Shown here piece after piece: positions 56,778 through 64,000 of a stretch of DNA of 64,000 bases; position 1 is the first letter of the stretch, and each line of letters opens with the position of its first letter. The stretch comes from an uncultured Methanoregulaceae archaeon (GTDB lineage Archaea; Halobacteriota; Methanomicrobia; Methanomicrobiales; Methanospirillaceae): positions 1,600,001 to 1,664,000 of the forward strand of contig OY970061.1 of NCBI GenBank assembly GCA_963705255.1. Reading direction: 5' to 3'. The notes below the pieces were generated by a model that was not told where the DNA came from, ran no database searches, and saw nothing but the letters and a program-made list of their open reading frames with translations. The position numbers and the translations under genes were made by a program.

Positions 56778-57835
56778 ACTATCCTCCCCATCTGGACGGT
56801 CATGTTATCCAGCTGTACCGCCATGGTGCCGAGCGAGGCCGAGAGGTCCGGGGGCAGGTCGGCACTGTGTTCCAGGTCGCGGTAGGCTCCTGCCAGGTCT
56901 GCCAGATCCTTTTTTACCAGTCTGAGGGGGGTTTTTGCCGACTCGAAGTTTCCGTTGTTCTGTAATGCCCTCGCAGATGCAAGGTCTTTTTTGGTCTGTG
57001 CAAGGATGCTGTCAGCCGGGCTGATATCGAGCAGGATGACCGTAAGGTTGTAATTGATCGTATCTGCCCTGGCCACCGCCCGGTAGCCCTGGTCGATGAG
57101 AAAACCGGTTGTGGTGTCGTCGCTGACCTGCCCCTGCACGTCATCGACCTGCTGCCCGAACTGCTGCGACATCGAAAGAATTTCGCTGTTCATGGACTGG
57201 ATCTTGAGCTCATTTCTTGACCCCAGGGCCGCAACCACGTCGGGACGGTGGAACGAGATGAGATCAAGACTCCTCTGTGCACCGGTGGTATCGTACCCTT
57301 CGTTCTTCAGCGTGTCCAGGGCCTGCTGCCCCTGCAGGATCCAGGCATCGAAATCACCCATAAGGGTTGTTTTCCGGGTATTCCAGTAGGTGTCCTCTTT
57401 GGCGGCAATATATGGGTTTTTGTTCGTTGCACCGGAGATCTGCTTGTTCAGCGTGTCCCAATCCCCCTGCCCCTTTGTCATCCGGGCTATGGTCTCGTTC
57501 CGGAACTGGCTGGTGATGGACCGCAGGTCAGCGGTAATTGTGTCGAGACTCGCCGGATCCGTGGCGGAGGGTATAAGGGATTCCTCGTTCCGGAAACCGG
57601 CCAGAAACCCAGTCATGTTGCTCGTGTCCGTACCGAACAGCGTCGTGCAGTACATGATGGCAGTGTTCATCTCCACATCGGTCTGGAGCGCAGTCCACTC
57701 GAGATGAGCCTGCCGGATGGCTGTTGTGCTGTCGGAAGGAGGAGCGCCCGCACCGGCGGCACTGGCAGGTATGAAGAGAAGGGATACGATGACGAGGGTA
57801 ATGAACAGCGGAATGCAGCTCTGTCGTGATGCCAT
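56774..57835 (-). CDS. Secreted helical hypothetical protein
   Basis: Signal peptide (PASA); 353 aa; overlaps downstream lipoprotein start. Confidence 0.78.
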   Translation of the reverse strand: MASRQSCIPLFITLVIVSLLFIPASAAGAGAPPSDSTTAIRQAHLEWTALQTDVEMNTAIMYCTTLFGTDTSNMTGFLAGFRNEESLIPSATDPASLDTITADLRSITSQFRNETIARMTKGQGDWDTLNKQISGATNKNPYIAAKEDTYWNTRKTTLMGDFDAWILQGQQALDTLKNEGYDTTGAQRSLDLISFHRPDVVAALGSRNELKIQSMNSEILSMSQQFGQQVDDVQGQVSDDTTTGFLIDQGYRAVARADTINYNLTVILLDISPADSILAQTKKDLASARALQNNGNFESAKTPLRLVKKDLADLAGAYRDLEHSADLPPDLSASLGTMAVQLDNMTVQMGRIV

Positions 57836-57984
57836 TATCGGTTACCCCGGAAATCGCCGTGCGCACCTGCCATGTAAAAGTCCGTCTCCATCCTGATCAC
57901 TCGTAAAATGAATTATTTTTCAATTAATATCAAGATTTGCAGGTTTTTTTTCAGTCCTGCGGGAACCGGGGCATCCCATGCGGG

Positions 57985-59228
57985 TCAGTCTTTCCGGAAT
58001 ACCACGATCCGGTTGGTATTGGTGCCGCAGGTGTTGTTCTCCACCCCCCAGATATTCGAGGTCTTGGTGAATACCTGCTGGTTGATCAGCACGCACTCGC
58101 AGGAGAACCCGGAACCGGTGCCGAGGGGGACGACATGCTCCTCCAGCCGGATCGTCTTCTTTCGAACTTCACCCACCTCGAAAGCAACGTGCCCTCCGGG
58201 GCGGGTGATCCGGAAGAGTTCGGCAAAGACCCTGCCCATGGCCGAGGTCCACTCGTCAACGGTCCTTGCCATGGTTATCCTCCGGCCGATCGCTTCCCCG
58301 TCAAGCCCGTTGAACCAGCAGCGGAGCCAGTTGTCCTCGCGGTACTGCACGATATCGAGAAACGGGGGGGAGGTCACGGTCAGCTGCACGGTTTCATCGG
58401 GGATCTCACGGGTTTTTCCAGCATCTTCCATGAGGAGCATTGCCCGCCTGCCGGCCCGTGCCAGGCTCTTCTCCTCCTCAGGAAGGAGCGTCCGGAGGAG
58501 GCTCTTGGTCTTGTTCAGGATTATCCTGCAGGTGTCCCGGTACTCGGGGGCCTGGCCGCGTTTCTCGTTGATCTTCTGCTGGCTCCGGGGCGAGACTGCC
58601 TGGTTGGGCGGGAGGGTATAGACGGAGAAGAAGCCCTTTGAATGCCCGGTCAGCCGGTTGGTCGCCACCATCGCGATCCAGCGGTCGATCATGTCGTCCC
58701 GTGCGATACGTTTCCTGCCGAGGAGGTACTCCCGCAGGGCTACGATCTCCTGTGCGGTATCCGGATGGTAGAACATGGAGAGGTCGATATCGGAACTGCC
58801 CCCCTCACGGGGGATCGAGAGGAGACGCTTTTCTACTGCAGCAATTTCGGGCGGGAAGAACCGCGGCTCGGTCATGATCCGTGAAAGGGGGTTTGCATCG
58901 TTCGCAATGACATTGCGTCCCATGAGGCCCGCTTCAATGACGGTCGTCCCCCGCCCGCTGAAGGGATCGTAGACCACGTCCCCTTTCCGGGTCAGGAGGC
59001 CGATGAAGAACCGGGGAGCTGCGGCTTGAAACACGCACGGTAGGAGATCTCATGGATCGATCCTGCCTGCCGCTGCCGGGATGTCCAGAACTCCCCGGTA
59101 AACTTTCTGAACGTATCCGATCCTATCCTTACTTCCTCGCTCTGCGTGGGAAGTCCCTCAGGATGCGTATTCATGCGCAGGAACCCGGGGAGGTCTTCGT
59201 CGCCAGGTGTGCGGGATCTGGTCGCCAT
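57985..59228 (-). CDS. Orphan amino-DNA methyltransferase (N4-C/N6-A), frameshift near 59012
   Basis: [25 protein letters not shown] motif I, VTSPPF motif IV; no adjacent endonuclease. Confidence 0.85.
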
Positions 59229-59387
59229 ACCTCAGGGTACGTTGGCGAGCGAAGGTATAATCCCGTACGGTCCGTTCCCGCTACACCGACAGCCTGACAT
59301 GCCAGGTGATGTACATTGAGTGCTGAGGAACAGAGATGATGCTGTCATCACCGCCCGGTCCCGGTTCTCCCGGACCGGGCAGGAGTT

Positions 59388-60123
59388 CATGGAGAGGACG
59401 AAATACCGATCTATCGGGAAGAGCGACCAGCAGAAGGGGGTGCCCCAGCCGCCGCTCGAGGTCCCGCCGGAACCGGACCGGCCGTGTATCGAACTCAGGC
59501 GACCGGAACTGCTTGAGATCCCCCCGCTCGATCTCAGGACCGCCATCGAACATCGCCGCAGTGTCCGGGCGTATCTCCACGAACCCGTGGCCCTTGACGA
59601 ACTTTCCTTTCTCCTCTGGTGCACGCAGGGAGTGAAACAGACATTCGGTTCGCAGGCCACGTTCCGCACGGTCCCGTCGGCGGGCGCCCGCCATGCCTTC
59701 GAGACCTTCCTGCTGGCAAACGACGTGGAAGGCCTGGAACCCGGGCTGTACCGCTACCTGGCGCTCTCCCACCGCCTCCAGCAGCGGGATACGGACCCCG
59801 CCCTCGCCCACCGGGTCGCATCCGCCTGCTTCGACCAGCAGTTCATCCTGCGGAGCGGGGTGGTCTTCCTCTGGACAGCGGTCCCGTACCGCATGACCTG
59901 GCGTTACGGCGAACGGGGATACCGGGACCTGCACCTCGACGCCGGGCACGTCTGCCAGAACCTCTACCTCGCGGCCGAATCGGTGGGCTGCGGGGTTTGC
60001 GCCATCGCGGCATTCGACGACGACATTATGAACGGGCTGCTCGGGATCGATGGTACGGACCAGTTCCTCATCTATCTCGCAACCGTGGGAAAAAAGGAGG
60101 AGGGGATCCCGGTTGCCGTCTAG
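59388..60123 (+). CDS. SagB/ThcOx-family nitroreductase-like protein
   Basis: RRSVRAY, RTVPSAGARH, WRYGERGYR, DAGHVCQNLYL; start uncertain. Confidence 0.88.
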
Positions 60124-60657
60124 GAGGTATGGGCGCCTACGGTATCGAACGCCGGGGGATACCGGACCACGCCTCCGATGTCATCGAGGGCGCCGGGCTT
60201 CAGCGACAGTGCCATGAATGCATCGTCCGGACAGGGAAACGGGGCCGTGATCCTTGAATCCTTTGCAGCGGTAAAGCCGAAGCGGGGATAGTATCCCGGG
60301 TGGCCGACCACGATTACGATGCGGTGGCCGAGACGTCTGCACTCGCCGAGCCCTGCTTCAATAAGGGCTGCGCCGATACCCATGCACTGGTAATCCTGGT
60401 GGACCCCGAGCGGGGCAAGCGCAAGAGCGGTCTGTCTCAACCGTGCCGGAGACAATGGCGACAGGACAGAACAGGATGTGCCCGATAATCCTGTCGCCAT
60501 GCACGGCAACAAGGGAGAGATCCGGGTTGATATTGCCATCGTCCCGCAGGGCATTCACGAGCCGTGATTCCCCGTCCTGCCCGAATGCCTGGAGAAGGAC
60601 CTCGGATATGGCGGAGGCATCCTCCGGGAGTTCCTGCCGGATGAAAAAGGAATCCAT
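60120..60657 (-). CDS. GNAT acetyltransferase (YhbS-like), frameshift near 60431
   Basis: IRQE..AFG..E..LV..LR, GHILF, LAPLGV..YQ..GIG, VVGHPGYYPRFGF. Confidence 0.85.
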
Positions 60658-60699
60658 CCTGTTCTTTTGGACGGCTGAGGTGATAAGGCAGTGTTCCGT

Positions 60700-60966
60700 C
60701 CCGTCCCGCTCCCCACCAGCCTGGACGGTGCAGCGTACTGGATCGCGGGTTTCACCGCGGTCAACATCGTGACGGCAGCGATCTTCATGGCCAGACCGGG
60801 GTGGATCGCCCGTGCGGGTATCATAGCAGGACTGGTCCTGATCCTGTACGCGAATTCGGTCATCCTGAAAGAGCGGACGCTGGATGCGGCGCTCCGGGTG
60901 CTCCCCTGCTTCCATGTCGCGATGGTGCTGTACGCGGGCGGAATTGTACTCGGGGAGATCGTGTAA
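60700..60966 (+). pseudogene. 3' fragment of a membrane protein, possibly UbiA-family prenyltransferase
   Basis: Three TM segments ending LPCFHVAMVLYAGGIVL; no room for an N-terminal part before the divergent GNAT start. Confidence 0.45.
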
Positions 60967-61012
60967 GAGATCCCCTGAACATTTTTATCCCCCGCTCCCC
61001 CAAAAAGATGCT

Positions 61013-61663
61013 ATGAAAGTCCTCGCATTCAACGGAAGCCCCCGGAAAACATGGAACACCGCTACGCTCCTCGTCCATGCACTGAATGGTGCTGAATCCG
61101 AAGGGGCTAGAACCGAACTTTTCCATCTTTACGATCTGGATTACAAGGGCTGCACCAGCTGCTTCTCCTGCAAGCAGATCGGCGGGGAATGGTATGGCCA
61201 TTGCGCAGTGAAGGATGACCTCACGCCGGTATTCAGGAAGGTGGAAACAGCCGACGCGATCCTCATCGGCTCCCCCATCTATTACGGGATTACAACCGGA
61301 GAGACGCGGTCTTTCCTCGAACGCCTGATGTTCCCGTACTCGGTCTACGACCCCCAGCGATCCACGCTGTTTGGCAGGAAGATCAGGACCGGCTTCATCT
61401 ACACGGCGGGTGCCCCCGAGGAGGCAGTGAAGGAGAGGGGGTTCGACCGGAACGCCCAGGGTACCGAGCAGGCGATGGAGAGGATCTTCGGGTCGTGCGA
61501 GACGCTCTTTGTCACCGATACCTGCCAGTTCGACGATTATTCCCGGTATGTCTCCACGGCATTCGACCCGGAGGAGAAGAAGAAGCGGCGGGACGAGCAG
61601 TTCCCCGTAGACTGCAGAAAGGCATACGAGATGGGGGCGAGGCTGGTCCGCAGGGCGCCATGA
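61013..61663 (+). CDS. Iron-sulfur flavoprotein (flavodoxin-like fold)
   Basis: NGSPRK..NT, CTSCFSC..C, GSPIYYG, FLERL. Confidence 0.9.
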   Translation: MKVLAFNGSPRKTWNTATLLVHALNGAESEGARTELFHLYDLDYKGCTSCFSCKQIGGEWYGHCAVKDDLTPVFRKVETADAILIGSPIYYGITTGETRSFLERLMFPYSVYDPQRSTLFGRKIRTGFIYTAGAPEEAVKERGFDRNAQGTEQAMERIFGSCETLFVTDTCQFDDYSRYVSTAFDPEEKKKRRDEQFPVDCRKAYEMGARLVRRAP

Positions 61664-62097
61664 ACCCCGATATTTCAGCGGACCCGGCCCGTCTCAGGAT
61701 GGATGATATTCAGGGCATGCTCGTAAAGACCTCCTGGAGCCCGGGCATAACGGAGAACGAGATTGCACAGGGCATCCGCAACTCCGCGCTCGTGGTCGGG
61801 GCGTATGATACCAGCGGGCGGCAGGTCGGGTTCTGCCGGGTCATCTCCGACAAGACCCGGTTCGCGTACCTCCTTGACGTGATCGTTGCGGAGGACTGCC
61901 GCCACCGGGGAATCGGGCAGGCCATGGTCAGGTTTGCGATGGCGCACCCGGACCTCAGGGACGTGTACCAGTGGCTGCTGAAGACGAGCGATGCCCACGG
62001 CGTCTACGGGAAGTGCGGGTTTGCTCCCATCGAGGATCCGGAGCGCTGGATGGGGCGGATGCAGCCGCGGCCGGAGAGGGGGGAATTTGAGGGATAA
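61660..62097 (+). CDS. GNAT acetyltransferase
   Basis: GFCRVISDKTRFAYLLDVIV..RHRGIG, TSDAHGVY. Confidence 0.88.
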   Translation: MNPDISADPARLRMDDIQGMLVKTSWSPGITENEIAQGIRNSALVVGAYDTSGRQVGFCRVISDKTRFAYLLDVIVAEDCRHRGIGQAMVRFAMAHPDLRDVYQWLLKTSDAHGVYGKCGFAPIEDPERWMGRMQPRPERGEFEG

Positions 62098-62360
62098 TGC
62101 AATTTCGGGACTTGAGCCAGTATCATGGCGAAATTGCCGGAGATTTTACAAAAATTGCCAGGTCCGGATCTGCCAATAAAAATAATTCCCGGATCTGTTT
62201 GGGGGGAATTTTTAAAAAATTGCTGACTTCCGAAAAAAAATAACGTGCCCTACGCGCGAAACGCTTTGTCGGGTTTTGCGCTAACTCCAGAGTTGTCTGT
62301 TGTTTTTTGCAGGCATTTCCTGATCCCCAAACAGGTAATACGGCATCATCGTAATGCGCA

Positions 62361-62398
62361 GGGGAGGGGTAGGGAGGGGACAGGCACTGTCCCCTCCC
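62361..62398. repeat. REP-like 12-bp perfect hairpin with purine-rich leader
   Basis: ggggaggggta + GGGAGGGGACAG-GCA-CTGTCCCCTCCC. Confidence 0.65.
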
Positions 62399-62470
62399 AC
62401 GACAGATGAACCGTAATAGATAATCGCAGAGATTTGGACAATTCTACAATTGAATCCTAATGCTTGAATC

Positions 62471-63142
62471 TCAGATCCTCAGCAGCCGCTCGTTCTCCCT
62501 CAGCCACCCCCTCCTCCGTTCGTAGTCCGGCAGGATCTCCCGCACCTTGTTCCAGAACTTCTTCGAATGGTCCGGCTGGCCGATGTGCACGAGCTCGTGG
62601 ACCACCACGTAATCGACGATCTCTGGCGGGGTCTGGATAAGGCGCCAGCTGAAGTTGAGCCCGCCCTTGTGGGTGCACGACCCCCAGCGCTGCCGGGCAT
62701 CGGTGATCCGGATTGACGCCGGCACATGCCCGGTGGTCATGGAGAACCACATGCACCGCGCCCGGATCTCCTTTGCTGCTTCGTCCATGTACCAGCGCCT
62801 GAGCCGTTGTCGGATCTCGGGTACGAGACTGCTGGAGACGTTGAGCCGGTCCATCCGTTCGATGGTGCCGTCCTCGTTTTCAGCAATATGCAGGGGATAC
62901 GATCTCCCGAGGAACAGGAACAGTTCGCCCTCCTTATACTCGTGCACGGAGGCGGACGGTCGCTTCTTCATCTCCTCCAGTTTCCGCTGGATCCACGCGT
63001 GCTTCTCACGGATCATCTCCTCGATATGCACCGCCGGGGTGCGCAGGGGAGCCCGCACGATCAGGGTGGCATCATGGGTTACTTCGAGCGCAATGGTCCT
63101 GCGGCGCGAGCGGATGAGTTTTTCAATCCGGATTTCGTGCAT
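62471..63142 (-). CDS. YgjP/SprT-like zinc metallohydrolase (DUF45)
   Basis: RSRRRTI, RWGSC, LNFSWRL, DYVVVHELVH, HSKKFW. Confidence 0.9.
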   Translation of the reverse strand: MHEIRIEKLIRSRRRTIALEVTHDATLIVRAPLRTPAVHIEEMIREKHAWIQRKLEEMKKRPSASVHEYKEGELFLFLGRSYPLHIAENEDGTIERMDRLNVSSSLVPEIRQRLRRWYMDEAAKEIRARCMWFSMTTGHVPASIRITDARQRWGSCTHKGGLNFSWRLIQTPPEIVDYVVVHELVHIGQPDHSKKFWNKVREILPDYERRRGWLRENERLLRI

Positions 63143-63200
63143 GGTCACGTATACGGTATTGGGCACCGGGGAAGAAAAGAATGCTGCCGGAGTCCCAGAG

Positions 63201-63896
63201 TCAGGAAATGGAAGACCTGCCGGCACCATCGCTGACGATTTTGCCGTCACTGAGGCGGATGATCCGGTGGAAATAGTCCTTGTGCCAGTCCTCGTGGGAG
63301 ACCATGACGATGGTCTGGTGCATCTCCTCATTGATCCCGCGGAACAGGTCGAGCACCAGCCGGGAGTTCTCCGTATCAAGATTCGCACACGGCTCATCGG
63401 CGAACAGGATGTCGGGCTTGTTCACCATCGCCCGGGCGATCGAGACCCGCTGCTGCTGGCCGCCCGAGAGTTCTCTCGGGAGGTGGTCCTGCCGGTCGAG
63501 CAGGCCGATCTTCCTGAGGATACCGGTGCTTGCCTCGCGGTACTGGTCTTCGGTCCGGTCCTTCCGGAGCATAGCCGGCAGGGAGACGTTCTCCATCACC
63601 GTGAGATCGGGTACCAGCGCGAAGTCCTGGAAGACGTACCCGAGCTTGTAGAGCCGGAACATGGTCTTTTCGTAATCGGTGAGGGTGCCTATATCGGTTC
63701 CGTCTATAACGATCCTGCCGGAAGTGGGGATGTCCAGCAGCCCCAGCATATGCAGAAGCGTGGTCTTGCCGCTTCCGCTCGCTCCCATGACCCCGAGAAA
63801 CTCTCCCTTTGCAATATCGAGCGTCACCCCATCCAGCGCCCGCACCTCGACACTCCCCATCCGGTAGATTTTCGTCAGATCCTGGATCTCGATCAT
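63201..63896 (-). CDS. ABC transporter ATP-binding protein (LolD/MacB-like)
   Basis: GASGSGKTT, LSGGQQQRV, ADEP, VSH. Confidence 0.95.
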   Translation of the reverse strand: MIEIQDLTKIYRMGSVEVRALDGVTLDIAKGEFLGVMGASGSGKTTLLHMLGLLDIPTSGRIVIDGTDIGTLTDYEKTMFRLYKLGYVFQDFALVPDLTVMENVSLPAMLRKDRTEDQYREASTGILRKIGLLDRQDHLPRELSGGQQQRVSIARAMVNKPDILFADEPCANLDTENSRLVLDLFRGINEEMHQTIVMVSHEDWHKDYFHRIIRLSDGKIVSDGAGRSSIS

Positions 63897-63900
63897 GGCA

Positions 63901-64000
63901 TCAGGCCCTCATTGCAGTCTGGATATCCTCGCGCGACACCTGGTAGGCAGGGACATAGCCGGCAACGATGGCAGCGGCAAAGAGGATCAGGGAGTTCATG
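63901..64000 (-). CDS. ABC transporter permease (FtsX/MacB-like), C-terminal end only
   Basis: ..SLILFAAAIVAGYVPAYQVSREDIQTAMRA-stop. Confidence 0.75.
   Translation of the reverse strand, partial: MNSLILFAAAIVAGYVPAYQVSREDIQTAMRA

Noticed and set aside
59388-60123. SagB/ThcOx gene as marker of a RiPP (azole peptide) cluster
   Set aside because: No YcaO cyclodehydratase or precursor peptide nearby; stand-alone homologues are common in methanogens

Overview
Chromosomal window from a hydrogenotrophic methanogen (Methanomicrobiales, Methanoregula-like by 16S sequence and gene content). It holds core genes (serA, ppsA, mfnA, hpt, dph2, smc-scpA, glyA-folD-folP-cofE-like, cofC, cofG, purC), one complete rRNA operon on the minus strand (16S - tRNA-like remnant - 23S - tRNA-Cys - 5S), tRNA-Val(GAC), a FIST/PAS-kinase/response-regulator module, and an accessory region (about 28.2-36.8 kb) with AT-rich genes, two type II toxin-antitoxin pairs and a secreted GH18 enzyme. 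About a dozen genes are broken, and nearly every break falls in or beside an RGCY (AGCT/GGCC/GGCT) or GTAC site. The same lesion hits conserved rRNA positions, so most 'pseudogenes' are probably long-read miscalls that indirectly report the methylome. The most interesting unexplained signals are: (i) an apparently independent ~270-nt structured RNA between convergent genes at 1.25-1.51 kb; (ii) a dispersed family of GAAGAAT..ATTCTTCG hairpin cassettes with compensatory stem changes; (iii) an anticodon-less tRNA-like element where tRNA-Ala normally sits in the 16S-23S spacer; (iv) a forward/reverse/forward 18-bp repeat upstream of an uncharacterised gene; (v) a coiled-coil gene leading an smc-scpA operon with no adjacent scpB. 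All structures and coordinates were read by eye; no folding or database search was run.
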